Positions 37,823 to 47,960 of a stretch of 64,000 bases of DNA are shown here, in pieces (positions within the stretch are counted from its first letter, which is position 1; the number at the start of each line of letters is the position of its first letter). The notes below the pieces were generated by a model. The model ran no database searches, was not told where the DNA came from, and worked only from the letters and a program-made list of their open reading frames with translations. Source of the stretch: an uncultured delta proteobacterium. Its GTDB lineage: Bacteria > Myxococcota > Myxococcia > Myxococcales > Myxococcaceae. A program made the translations under genes and the position numbers. Location: positions 1 through 64,000 of the forward strand of contig CAVYSY010000050.1 in assembly GCA_963771175.1 (NCBI GenBank). Reading direction: 5' to 3'.

Positions 37823-39049
37823 ATGACCGATCCAGCCTCACCTCCCAAGCCCATGCCGCCTCCCCTGAACCTGCTCGATCCCGAGTTCCGCGCGAATCCG
37901 TATCCGACCTATGCGCGGCTGCGGCGCGAGATGCCGGTGTGCCGGGTGGAGCCGGGCGGGATGTGGGCCGCCTTCCGCTACGACGACGTGGTGAACGGCT
38001 ACAAGAACTCCGAGAAGTTCTCGTCCGGGGCCGTGCGTGCGGCCGGGGAGCCACCCTGGTTGGGCCGCGACAACCCGATGAGCAGCTCGCTCCTGGGGCT
38101 GGATCCTCCGCAGCACGGGCGGCTGCGGGCGCTGGTCAACCGGGCCTTTGGTCCTCACACCCTCGCCCGGATGGAGCCCCGCATCCGCAAGTGGGCCGAC
38201 GACCTCGTCGGCAAGATGGTGGAGCGTCGCCAGGTGGAGTTCGTGAGCGAGTTCGCCCTGCCTCTGCCTTCCGCCGTCATCGGCGAGCTGCTGGGGTTGG
38301 ATCCCTCGCTCCAGTCGAGCTTCAAGATCTGGTCGGATCACCTCGTCTTCATCCCCGCCGTCCCTCCGGATCACGTGGAGCTGCAGAACGTGGTGCGCGG
38401 CTCCATCAATGAGATGGAGGGCTACCTGCGGAAGGTGCTCGACAGCCGTCGCCGCGAGCCGGGGGACGATCTGATCAGCGATCTGCTGCGTGCCCGGGTG
38501 GACGGCGATTCCCTCACCGAGCGGGAGCTGATGGGCTTCTGCTTCCTGCTGCTGCTCGGCGGACTGGAGACGACCGTCTACCTGATGGGCAACATCGCGG
38601 TGCTGCTGGCGGATCGGCCGGACGTGTGGGCCCGGCTGAAAGCGGACCGCTCGCTCATCCCGCGCTTCGTCGAGGAGCTGCTCCGCACCGAGCCGCCGCT
38701 GCACGGCACGGTCCGCCTGACCACGACCGAGGTGGAGCTGAGCGGTGTCCGGCTGCCACCCGGGACGATCCTGCTGATCATGCAGGGCTCGGCGCTGCGG
38801 GACGAGGCGTACTTCCCGGAGGGTGAGCGCTTCGATCTGGACCGCACCGCCAACGCCAACCTGGCCTTCGGGCAGGGCATCCACTTCTGCCTGGGCTCGG
38901 GTCTGGCGAGGCTGGAGGCGCGGATCGCCGTGGAGACGCTGCTCGACCGGTGCGAGAAGCTCGTCCGCCCGGCCGGGCCTGTCCAGTACTGCCAGTCCCT
39001 CACCCTGCGGGGGCCGAACTCGCTTCCCCTGGAGCTGATCCCCGCCTGA
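37823..39049 (+). CDS. Cytochrome P450
   Basis: DPPQHGRLR, GGLETT, EELLR, FGQGIHFCLG. Confidence 0.95.
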   Translation: MTDPASPPKPMPPPLNLLDPEFRANPYPTYARLRREMPVCRVEPGGMWAAFRYDDVVNGYKNSEKFSSGAVRAAGEPPWLGRDNPMSSSLLGLDPPQHGRLRALVNRAFGPHTLARMEPRIRKWADDLVGKMVERRQVEFVSEFALPLPSAVIGELLGLDPSLQSSFKIWSDHLVFIPAVPPDHVELQNVVRGSINEMEGYLRKVLDSRRREPGDDLISDLLRARVDGDSLTERELMGFCFLLLLGGLETTVYLMGNIAVLLADRPDVWARLKADRSLIPRFVEELLRTEPPLHGTVRLTTTEVELSGVRLPPGTILLIMQGSALRDEAYFPEGERFDLDRTANANLAFGQGIHFCLGSGLARLEARIAVETLLDRCEKLVRPAGPVQYCQSLTLRGPNSLPLELIPA

Positions 39050-39063
39050 CGCTGGAAATACGA

Positions 39064-39092
39064 GGGGCCCGATGGAAAGACCATCGGGCCCC
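39064..39092. terminator. Hairpin between convergent genes
   Basis: GGGGCCCGATGG-AAAGA-CCATCGGGCCCC, a perfect 12-bp stem. Confidence 0.7.
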
Positions 39093-39114
39093 GGGGAACG
39101 ACGTGTGGCCTGGA

Positions 39115-40726
39115 CTAGCGGACGACCTTGTCCAGCGGCTTGGCCTCGGAGGTGTTCTGCTCCTTCGTCCAGTCGATCACGGGCGTCTGCCACGACATGC
39201 CCGTCTCGCCCGGCTCCGGATCCAGCTTCTCGAACTCGAAGCCGTCGCCGCCGAAGTACAGGTACTCGACCGTCGCGATCTTGTACTCCTTCTTCGGATC
39301 CAGCGGCTTGCCCTTGGCGTCCTTGAACTTGCCCTTACCGGCCGGCGTGAAGCCCGAGTACACCGCCTCCGGGTTCTCGAGCTGACGCGCCAGGTCCGCG
39401 CCCTTCACCTCCACCACCAGCAGCGAGTTCTCGTACGGTATCACCGAGTACACGCTGCCCTTCGTCACCGGACCCGCCGGCAGGCCCCCGCGGAAGCCCT
39501 TGCGGTTGAGCACCACCCCCACCACCCCGTCCGTCTCGAGCTGCTTCTGGATGGCGTTCGTCACCCACGCGCCGAGCTGCTTGGAGTCCTGCTCGAAGCC
39601 CTTCTTCGTGAAGCCGATCTGCTCGCCCAGGGCCTGGTCCAGCCGGGCCTTGTAGTCGGCGATCGTCTTGGCGACGTCGGCGTTCGCGGCCGGAGCGCCC
39701 TCGCCACCCGTCACCTCCACCTGCTTCGTCTCCACCGCCGTCACCCGCTCACCCGCCGGCTTGGACGGATCATAGGTGTAGCGCCGCGCGCACGTAGTTG
39801 CCGAAGCCCCGGCCCAGCGACACGTAGGCGGTGTTGCCCTCCTTGGTGTCCACCGGCTGCGGGCAGCGGCCACCGGCCACCAGCGACACCTTCCACTCGG
39901 GGTGCTTGGACACCACCGGCTGCAGGTCGCTCGGGCACTCGTCGGCGAGCACCACCACGGTCTCCGCTCCGGCCTTCTGGGCCTCGGCCACCGCGCTCGT
40001 CAGCGCCTGCTCGTCGCTGCTCGTCTCCAGCCCCGCGGCGCGCCCGGACATGGACGTGGTCACCGTCTTGGGCGAGGTCAGGCCCACCACGCCCACCTTC
40101 AGGCCCTGGCGCTCGAACACCTTGAAGGCCGGCTGCTCCCAGCCCTTGGCCAGCGCCGGGTCCGTCACCTTCAGGTTGGCGGCCAGGAAGGGGAAGCCGC
40201 CGAGCTGCTGGTTCTTCTGGAACTGCTCCTGGCCGTAGTCCAGCTCGTGGTTGCCGAGGGCGGAGGCGGCGAAGCCCATGTGGCCCATCACCGCCGCGGT
40301 GGGCTCACCGTAGAAGAAGGAGGAGATGGCCGGTCCGGCCCAGGCGTCGCCGATGGTCAGCGCCAGCGTGGAGGCGTTCGGACACGGGGCTTGACCGTCC
40401 TTCACCTGACCCGGACAGTGCTTCTCCTTGGCCTCCCACCACCCGAGCAGCTCCGCCGCGCCCACGGTGGGCTTCTCGCCCTCGTTGGAGGTGGGCAGGA
40501 GCTGACCACTGGCGCTGCCGATGACGAGGAGCGTCACCGTGGTGGGCTTCGGGGCCGCGGGAGCCTGCGCCGGCTGGGCGGTCTCGGCGGGAGGGTTCTC
40601 CTGCCTGGCGGAATTCTTCTCGCAGCCGGTGAGGGCGCCCAGGAGGGCGAAGGCCACCACACCGGAAGTACGACGCAGCGGGGCCACCACACCCGATGCC
40701 GGCTTGGATACGGACTCGCGACGCAT
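39115..40726 (-). CDS. Bifunctional metallophosphatase/5'-nucleotidase-like lipoprotein (frameshift near 39785)
   Basis: Lipobox LTGC; GD, ALGNHELDYG, FPFLAANL; C-terminal N..GFR, IPYEN, YLYFGGDGF. Confidence 0.85.
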
Positions 40727-40839
40727 GAGGTCTCCGGAGTTGTTGACGATACGACCGCGCGAATAGCACACCTCCCCCCCCTGGTCGTCAAAAAGGGCAT
40801 GTCCGCCTTCCCCCTCCTGGCCGTGCTAGCGTCCCGGCC

Positions 40840-42066
40840 GTGCACAGCCAGAAGGACGGCGCGCCTCCTCCGGAGACGGAGCTGGCCGGGAGCCGTGAGC
40901 AGGGGGGAAGTGCGGTCGGGAATCGGAGGCTCTCGCGGGTGTGGGAGGACGTGCGCCGTGGCGCGGCCCACTTCCCCCAGGGAGGCGTCCCGTCGCCGGG
41001 TAACCGCCTGGCTCAGTTCGCCCATGGCCTCTGCCTGCCGTTCCACATGGCGCGGGCCCTCTTCGAGGACCGGGGGGCCCTGTGGCGCTACCTGAAGTTC
41101 GGCACCTTCCAGGCGATCACCATCCTCGTGCTGGCGGTGCTCTTCACGGGCTCGGGCAGGGAGGTCGTGGAGACCGTTGGGCCCGAGCATCTCGAGGCGC
41201 GGTACGAGGAGGCGGAGGCGGCCCGGATCGAGGCGGAGGAACCCCCGCGGAAGGCCAAGGAGCTGCGGCGTGCCGCCGATAAGGCCGAGCGCGAGCGGCG
41301 GCGCACCGTGCGCCGGGTGGTGTACTGGGCGGCGCTCTTCTCCGCCCTGCAGATCGCCCAGTGGATCGTCATCGCCCTGTCGCGCGACTACCACACCGCG
41401 CTCTCCCGGGAGCTGAGCCTGCGGGTCGGTCTCACGCCCGAGGACGAGCCGCTCACCCCGCGCGTCCGGCTCAACCTGGGGTGGCTGCGCACCAAGATGA
41501 AGCGCCGCTGGCGGGGCCTGTTGGCATTCGCTCTCGGGATGCCCCTGTTCTATGCCGCCAGGGCGCTGCTGCCCGGGGGGCGGTTCCTCTTCCCGGTGCT
41601 GGTGTCCCTGTGGGGTGCCTGGTGGTTCGTGGTCTTCACCGCCGCGAAGAGCGCCCGGGCCTGGGTGGATCCGGCTCCGCGCGAGCCCTGGTTCCTGCGC
41701 GGCTGGAGCTGGCTCTCCGCGCGCTTCGCCTTCTTCCGCTGGTCGCCGTTCGGTGCCTACAACTCGCTGTGGACGACCTTCACCCGGCCCCTGTTCTCCC
41801 CGGCGGCCAGCGTGGAGCGGCAGCCGTGGACCCTGGGGGGGCTCGCGGTGGTGCGGGCGCTCTCGGTGCTGCCGCTGCTCAAGTGCTACCTGCGCCCCCT
41901 CGTCCCCGTGGCCGCCGCCTGGCTGCTGGCCCAGGACGGCACGGGGGAGGGAAGTGCTAGCCGGCCAGGGGCCGCTTCTGGCCCGGAGTCGGGTTCTCCT
42001 CCTCCTGCCGGTGCTCCCCCAGCTCCACCACCTGTCCCGGGTGGCGCGGCTCCGACGACTGGATGA
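40840..42066 (+). CDS. Hypothetical membrane protein
   Basis: Several Trp-rich hydrophobic segments; 3' end overlaps the convergent gene. Confidence 0.7.
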   Translation: MHSQKDGAPPPETELAGSREQGGSAVGNRRLSRVWEDVRRGAAHFPQGGVPSPGNRLAQFAHGLCLPFHMARALFEDRGALWRYLKFGTFQAITILVLAVLFTGSGREVVETVGPEHLEARYEEAEAARIEAEEPPRKAKELRRAADKAERERRRTVRRVVYWAALFSALQIAQWIVIALSRDYHTALSRELSLRVGLTPEDEPLTPRVRLNLGWLRTKMKRRWRGLLAFALGMPLFYAARALLPGGRFLFPVLVSLWGAWWFVVFTAAKSARAWVDPAPREPWFLRGWSWLSARFAFFRWSPFGAYNSLWTTFTRPLFSPAASVERQPWTLGGLAVVRALSVLPLLKCYLRPLVPVAAAWLLAQDGTGEGSASRPGAASGPESGSPPPAGAPPAPPPVPGGAAPTTG

Positions 42067-45037
42067 CGGCACGGAGCTGCTGGCTCACCGCGCGGAAGAA
42101 GCCGGTGAGCAGCTCCGGGCGGTCCGCCAGCAGATCGAGGAAGTCGCGCCGATCGATGACCAGCACCCGCGTGTCCTCCACCGCGACGATGTCCGTGGGG
42201 CGGGGCGCTCCATCCAGCAGGCTCAAGTCGCCGAAGGTATCCTTGGACCGCATCCGCAGCACGTGCTCGCCGTTGCTGATGGCGTCCACCGAGCCCTCGA
42301 TGATGACGTAGAGCGCGTCGCCCGGGTCTCCCTCCCGATAGACCTGCTCGCCCGCCCGGAAGCGCGCCTCGCGGGCGATCGTCGCCACCGCGGCCACGTC
42401 GTCCACGTCGTTCTGCGAGAAGACGTGGACCTCCTCCAGGAGGAACAGCTTCTGCACCGTCGCCTGGCTCATGTCTCCCTCTTGAGGCGGCGGCAGATCC
42501 ATGCCGATCCGGCCCGCCACGTAGCGCGCACATGCGCGCAGCACCACATCCTCGCTGCGGCACAGCCACGCGAGGTGCGCCTCCAGCTGCCCCAGCGAGC
42601 CCGGCGGCAGGTCGCGGTGGTGCGACTCCACCTGTTCCAGCACCAGCGCCCGGTCCTGCTCGACCGTCAGCGTCTCCAGCAGCTCCATCGCGTAGGCGCG
42701 CCGCCGCGGATCATGCCCCGACAGGTGCTGGTGCACGCGCCGCATCACGTGGGGCGGGTGCAGCAGGCCCAAGAGGAAGAAGCACAGCTCCAGCGCCTGA
42801 TCCAGCCGATCCCCCACCGCACGCGTCAGCAGCGAGTGGTCCCCCAGCGCCGTGCGCAGGTCTCGGAAGGGCTCCACCAGGGCGCGGTACGTGTCGCGCC
42901 GCCGGCCCAGGGCCTCGCGCACGCGGTCCTCGTCCACCGGGTGCTCGGGGTGCTCGTCGCGCAGGCGCGACAGCTCCGCGCCGATGCGGAAGTGCAGCCG
43001 CGCATCGTCGCGCACGTTGGAGAAGAGCAGGGCGTTCAGCGCCGCCGACGTGCCGATGTGACGCAGCACGCGCGGCACCTGCAGCCGCATGGGCAGTGGC
43101 GCGGACAGGTCGTTGAGCGTCGACTCCAGCAGCGGCGTCACCGCGTCACCCAGCTCGGCCAGGGCCGCGCGGGCCTCGCGCCGCTCCTCGCGCCAGGTGA
43201 GGAACGTCAGCAGCCGGGGCGCCAGCTTCACGTAGCCGCCCTCGCCCACGGAGCGCACCGCCACCCGCCGCACCGAGCTGTCCGGATCGTTCAGGAAGGG
43301 CGTCAGCATGGGCATGAAGGTCGGATCCTTCAGCCGGCCGAACAGCCGGGCCACCTCGCGGCGATCCGACACCGGGGCCTGCGAGCCACGGGCCGCCAGC
43401 GCTCCCAGCGACACGAGCGCCGCGGCGCGCCACCGGGTGCCCATGAGCGCGCCAACGGCCGCGCAGCGCAGCCCCGCATCCGGGCTCTGCAGCAAGGGTG
43501 GCAGCAGCACCTCGGCTCGCACCGGCGCCAGCTTCGCCAGCGCCCACACCGCGCTGTCCCTCGGGCGGCGAGCGCCCTGGGTCATCAGCTCCTCCAGCAG
43601 CGGGGCCGTCTCGGTGGCCCCCAGCTCCAGCGCGAGCGACACGCCCCGCTCCTGCACCCGCTCGTGCGTGTGGCGCATCAGCAGGGACAGGTGCGGCCGT
43701 AGGGGCAGCCCGCCCTGCTCCATGAGCTCCACCGCGCTCAGCACGCGCTCCGGCGCGCTCGAGCCGAGCGCCTCCACCAGCAGCCTCCGGTCCTCGCGGC
43801 CCAGCCTGTCGTCGTCCTCGTGGGCGCCCACCTGCTCACCGAGCGCCTCCACGTAGGCCGGCCGCAGGCGCAGCAGCAGCACGCCGAGCACCACGCACAG
43901 GCCCACCACCGCCAGCGCCATGGTGGCGCCGTCGGCCGCGCGGCCCGCGCCGATGAGCAGCACGCCCGCCACCACCGTGCCGGCCTTGCGCAGCAGCCCG
44001 TCCACCGCGCCGCGCAGCGCCTCGCGCTCGGTGTCCGGCACGGCCGCGTAGAGGAGTTGTACGCCCACCGGCAGCAGCGAGTAGTTGACCGCGTTCTCCA
44101 GCAGCCGCAGCAGGTGGATGGGCCACAGCTCCGTCGTCAACAGCGAGGCCACCGCCAGCGGGGCCATCGCTCCCGGCAGCAGCGCCAGGTAGCGCATCAG
44201 CCCCAGCCGCCTGAGGAGCCACTCGGCCACGAGGAGCTGGAAGATGACGCACAGCAGGCCGATCCACAGTTGCAGCGAGCCGAAGAGGGCCGCCAGCCCG
44301 TCCTCACTGAGCGTGCGCTCCACGCGCAGCCGGAAGAGGTAGTCCACGAAGGAGGACAGCACCGCGAAGGACACGGCCAGACCGGCCAGTACCCGGGCGT
44401 AGCTGCTGGCGGCGAGGTACTCCCAGGGCGCCACGGCCGTGGCGATGTGGCGGGCGCGAGTGGGTTGCGGCTCCGAGCCCTGGTGGAAGTGGAAGGCCAC
44501 CCCCGCGCCGAACAGGGCCAGCGCCCCTCCAATGACGACCGAGGCCGTGCCGAGCGGCTCGGCGAGGGACTGCACCAGCAACCCGCCCAGCATGCCTCCC
44601 GCCATGCCCACGCCGTTGAGCGCGGTGAAGGCCCGCCGGGCCTCGCGCGCGTTGAAGGCCGACGCCATCCGCCCCCAGAAGCGCAGGGCGATGAACGTGG
44701 TGAAGGCGTCCACGAAGAGGTACAGCACCAGCGCGGGAATCCGCTGGCCCATCGACACGCCCGCGGCCAGCCCCAGTACCACCAGCGCGCCCGCTCCGGT
44801 GAGGACGCTGAGGGACTCGGTGGGCGCGTGGGACTCCCTGCGCGGCAGCAACGTCAGCGCCGCCACCAGCAGCGCGCTCACCAGGTACAGGTAGGGCAGG
44901 GCGTGCGACTCGAAGCGCGACAACACGAGCGCGTTCGCAGCCGTCTTGAGCTGCGTCACGCCAGCGATGAGGGCGAACTGGAACGTCGCCGCGGGCCACA
45001 GGCGGTGGCCCCAGGACTGTACCTCTTGGGCTGCCAC
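41957..45037 (-). CDS. Npt1/TLC-like transporter domain + HEAT repeats + cNMP-binding domain fusion
   Basis: N-terminal TM bundle (FNAREARR), HEAT repeats, C-terminal EGDPGDALYVI..G, FGDLSLLDGAPR. Confidence 0.85.
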   Translation of the reverse strand: MAAQEVQSWGHRLWPAATFQFALIAGVTQLKTAANALVLSRFESHALPYLYLVSALLVAALTLLPRRESHAPTESLSVLTGAGALVVLGLAAGVSMGQRIPALVLYLFVDAFTTFIALRFWGRMASAFNAREARRAFTALNGVGMAGGMLGGLLVQSLAEPLGTASVVIGGALALFGAGVAFHFHQGSEPQPTRARHIATAVAPWEYLAASSYARVLAGLAVSFAVLSSFVDYLFRLRVERTLSEDGLAALFGSLQLWIGLLCVIFQLLVAEWLLRRLGLMRYLALLPGAMAPLAVASLLTTELWPIHLLRLLENAVNYSLLPVGVQLLYAAVPDTEREALRGAVDGLLRKAGTVVAGVLLIGAGRAADGATMALAVVGLCVVLGVLLLRLRPAYVEALGEQVGAHEDDDRLGREDRRLLVEALGSSAPERVLSAVELMEQGGLPLRPHLSLLMRHTHERVQERGVSLALELGATETAPLLEELMTQGARRPRDSAVWALAKLAPVRAEVLLPPLLQSPDAGLRCAAVGALMGTRWRAAALVSLGALAARGSQAPVSDRREVARLFGRLKDPTFMPMLTPFLNDPDSSVRRVAVRSVGEGGYVKLAPRLLTFLTWREERREARAALAELGDAVTPLLESTLNDLSAPLPMRLQVPRVLRHIGTSAALNALLFSNVRDDARLHFRIGAELSRLRDEHPEHPVDEDRVREALGRRRDTYRALVEPFRDLRTALGDHSLLTRAVGDRLDQALELCFFLLGLLHPPHVMRRVHQHLSGHDPRRRAYAMELLETLTVEQDRALVLEQVESHHRDLPPGSLGQLEAHLAWLCRSEDVVLRACARYVAGRIGMDLPPPQEGDMSQATVQKLFLLEEVHVFSQNDVDDVAAVATIAREARFRAGEQVYREGDPGDALYVIIEGSVDAISNGEHVLRMRSKDTFGDLSLLDGAPRPTDIVAVEDTRVLVIDRRDFLDLLADRPELLTGFFRAVSQQLRAVIQSSEPRHPGQVVELGEHRQEEENPTPGQKRPLAG

Positions 45038-45239
45038 GGGCAGTTCACTCTAGCTGGCAAAAACCGGAATTTCCAGAACGAATCTCCGGTCCCTCCCCAG
45101 GACAGCAGGCGCTCGAGAAACAGCGAGGGGGCGCGGCATCAGATGGGGGCTGAGGGATTCTCGTCCGTCAGCTCCAGCCGCTCGTTTCCCGGAGGGCGGG
45201 TTGCACGCCCGGCACCATGCGGAGGCCCCTACCCGGCGC

Positions 45240-45301
45240 CACTTCTGGACGTCCAGAAGTGATGTGTGTGGATGTGGTATGCTTCTGGACGTCCAGAAGT
45301 G
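45240..45301. repeat. Pair of perfect palindromes CTTCTGGACGTCCAGAAG (left set)
   Basis: Cores at 45242-45259 and 45282-45299; the first extends to 22 bp. Confidence 0.95.
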
Positions 45302-45435
45302 ACCCGCGCACCGGGGCGCGACCACGAACCGCTCGCCGTGACGCTCGTCTGTCCTTGTCCGCGCCAAGGGCCGAAGTGCGGTGCGGGCCGTCGCCACCAT
45401 GGAACCCGGAAGCGTCGCGCTTCAGGTCGCCGCTG

Positions 45436-45553
45436 GTGGAATCCAACTCTCACATTCGGGGAGAACCCAAATGCCTCCTCAACAGCGCTTGGCCTTCCTT
45501 CAACGACACGCCTTCAGGCTGGCTGCCAGATAGATATCGTATTCCAGCGCCAT
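45436..45553 (-). pseudogene. Remnant of a second SitI3-like immunity gene
   Basis: MALEYDIYLAASLK, then in a shifted frame VEEAFGFSPNVRVGF; parallels MGLDYSLQLST and MEEGFGFRPNLIVLF of the upstream gene. Confidence 0.7.
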
Positions 45554-45556
45554 GCG

Positions 45557-46015
45557 TCACAGAAACGGTGAGGGCAGGGACCTGCGCACGAATGGCACGG
45601 GAATTATGCGCTCCAACCAGCGCTCGTCGGCATGGAGGAGATAGTCCGCGTTGAACACGAGTTGCCCCCCAATCCGCTGGAGGACAATGATCTCCCCGTT
45701 GAAGAGCAGCACCCCGTCTTGCCCATGGTTCAACATCAGCAGTGTGCCCTGCAGCATTGTCTGCACGAAGTTGGTGTAGTCGTGGTTCGAGGGAAAGCGA
45801 AACAGCACAATCAGGTTGGGCCTGAATCCGAAGCCCTCCTCCATGATGCACCGTGATTGCTCATCCAACTCACCCGCGGCGACAATGATGTCCGTACCAC
45901 AGAGAAATGCATCTTCCTCACTCGATTGGAGTCCCTGGATATTCTCAGCAAGCAAGCCAAGAGCCTGTGCTCAATCCATGTCTGTCGAGAGTTGAAGACT
46001 ATAGTCAAGTCCCAC
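45557..46015 (-). pseudogene. SitI3-like immunity protein with in-frame TGA at codon 15
   Basis: GTG start with GGAGAGGA upstream; MGLDYSLQLSTDMD*AQALGLLAE...GFGFRPN...DGVLLFNGE.IVLQR; directly downstream of the toxin. Confidence 0.75.
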
Positions 46016-46051
46016 GCACAGTTCCTCTCCGTAAAACACGCTCCAGGGCTC

Positions 46052-47410
46052 TCAAGGAAAGAGCAAAACGAGCTTACCGTCCTTGATGGCGATGACCTCC
46101 TTGAGCCCTGGGATGGGCCAGTCCAACAACTGCTTCTTCATCGCTTCGATTGTTACGCTACTGTCCTCGAGGTTCAGGATGATTTTGTCAGCTTGCCCTA
46201 GGTCTACCTTCTCCCTCTGGATGCGCGAAGCAATGTTGCGCGCATTCGGCGTGGATGGGGCCAAACAGTCATAATACTCCCCGTCTATTTTATAATCGGG
46301 TTTCTTGAGGCCGAGCGGAACAGGATTCTGCTGCACATCGTAGCCGTTGTCGGCGAGGAGACGGGCCGACTCGTTCTCGCGCTCAATCGCCCTCAGGTTG
46401 TCCGTGTCCTTCTCGTCGGCACCGGGCTTGGTGGGCTTGCCGGTGAGGCTGCCCTTCTTCGGAGGCGGAGCCCCGCCGCCCGGCCCCAAGGCACTGGCCG
46501 CCACCGCCGTGGGCGCCAACCCCACCACCAGATCCTTGGCTCCCACCACCACCGTGCTCACCTGTCCCGCCGCCTCCAGCCTCACCCCCAGGCGCACCGA
46601 CGACAGCAACGCCGCTTGTCCGAAGCCGGGCAGCCTCGGCCCCCGGCCCACCAGTCCCGACTGCCCCGACAGCGCCGCCGTCGCCAGCAGCAGCAGCACC
46701 CGCATGCCGTTGTCCCCCAGCACCCGGCCAAAGCGCTGGCCCGCCTCCCTCAGCTCCTCGCTCGTCTTCGCCCGCTCGGCCTCCTCCAGCAGCATCCCCC
46801 CCGCGTTCACCATCGCCCGCATCGGCCCCAACCCCAGGTACACCACCAGGAACAACGTCAGCACCGCGGCGATGCCTTTCGTCACCGGCTCGGGCACTGG
46901 CACCAGCAGCAGCACCAGGTAGGTACACAGCGCCGTGTACACCATGACCTTGAAGGCCAGCGGGTCCAGGTACTCGCTGATGGGCACGGCGGCCCCTTCC
47001 CACACGGTGTCCATGGCGAAGGAGAGCGCCAACCGCAGGCGCGCCAGCACCTCCGGAGGCGGGGCGTTGTCCGGCAGCACCAGACAGCCCTCCGGCCCCT
47101 CCGAGGCCGAGCACTGGCGCTCCAGCAACTCCTGAGCCGTGTCCCGAGCGCTCAAGCCCCATGAGGCCCGCACCACCCGGCCCTCCCGTCTCGGCGGTTG
47201 GAGGGACAGGGGCGTCTGGAGCACCAGGTCCGTCAGGGCCGAGACGAATTCCTCCTGGCTCACTTCCACCGGCGGGGGCTCGTCGGCCGGGGGCGAGTAG
47301 ACGAGGGGCGCGCCCTGGCCCGTGTCCAGGCGCACCTGGGGCCCGCTCACACAGTCGGCCAGCCAGGGCACCACCAGCAGCAACCCGAGTCCACTCCAGG
47401 CGTGGCGCAT
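46052..47410 (-). CDS. SitA3-like polymorphic toxin with CdiA-CT-type (tRNase-like) C-terminal domain
   Basis: VRLDTGQG and PVPEPVTKG delivery domain; C-terminal RENESARLLA..GY.V.QNP..KPDY.I.G..YDC.AP...QA..I.LNL.DS, visibly lower in GC. Confidence 0.85.
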   Translation of the reverse strand: MRHAWSGLGLLLVVPWLADCVSGPQVRLDTGQGAPLVYSPPADEPPPVEVSQEEFVSALTDLVLQTPLSLQPPRREGRVVRASWGLSARDTAQELLERQCSASEGPEGCLVLPDNAPPPEVLARLRLALSFAMDTVWEGAAVPISEYLDPLAFKVMVYTALCTYLVLLLVPVPEPVTKGIAAVLTLFLVVYLGLGPMRAMVNAGGMLLEEAERAKTSEELREAGQRFGRVLGDNGMRVLLLLATAALSGQSGLVGRGPRLPGFGQAALLSSVRLGVRLEAAGQVSTVVVGAKDLVVGLAPTAVAASALGPGGGAPPPKKGSLTGKPTKPGADEKDTDNLRAIERENESARLLADNGYDVQQNPVPLGLKKPDYKIDGEYYDCLAPSTPNARNIASRIQREKVDLGQADKIILNLEDSSVTIEAMKKQLLDWPIPGLKEVIAIKDGKLVLLFP

Positions 47411-47501
47411 GTGCTCCTCCTTCCGCCGCCTTGGGTAGGGAGCGTGTCTCAGGAGTCTAGAGGGCGGGTCCGACAGGGCCACCAGACGCGACAGTCATTC
47501 A

Positions 47502-47705
47502 ATGGGTTGCAATCCACGCATGCCGCCATCGGGCCATGGGAACGTCACACCATGCGTGACCTTCGTGACGGTGTATTCGCGGGACGGCCAGAATAGGAAG
47601 GGCGAGGACGTCGGCGTGGTCTCGAGCAGCGGAGAGACGTATCTCCGGACCGACAACAACTCGACTCGGGCGGACAATCTGGGCGCGCTGCCCGAGTACG
47701 CTTGA
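47502..47705 (+). CDS. DUF3892-like small protein (probably only the C-terminal part)
   Basis: C-terminal YLRTDNNSTRADNLGALPEY is typical of DUF3892; the N-terminus is atypical. Confidence 0.55.
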   Translation: MGCNPRMPPSGHGNVTPCVTFVTVYSRDGQNRKGEDVGVVSSSGETYLRTDNNSTRADNLGALPEYA

Positions 47706-47713
47706 ACGGTGGG

Positions 47714-47747
47714 GACCTCGATCTTCAGCAACCTGAAGATCGAGGTC
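47714..47747. terminator. 15-bp perfect stem-loop
   Basis: GACCTCGATCTTCAG-CAAC-CTGAAGATCGAGGTC, just after the DUF3892-like stop codon. Confidence 0.65.
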
Positions 47748-47960
47748 AGCCGTGACGCTGACCGCGATGGCGCAGCGCGGGCGAGCAAGTCCTGGCGCTG
47801 CGTGAGTCAGGGAGTCATTGGCTGGATGTGACTCCCTGGGTCAGCTTCAGACTGGCATTTGAACTGAGTCTGTTCCGGCTTCTGGTGGAAAGGGTCTTCA
47901 GCGTTCCACTCGGCTTTGCGCGTGCGGAGTCCCTGATTCGATCGAGGGGCTTCATGCAGG

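Noticed and set aside
36344..39049. SDR + DUF2378 + P450 as a biosynthetic cluster
   Set aside because: Common standalone myxobacterial genes, no core synthase, and about 24 kb from the modification cluster.
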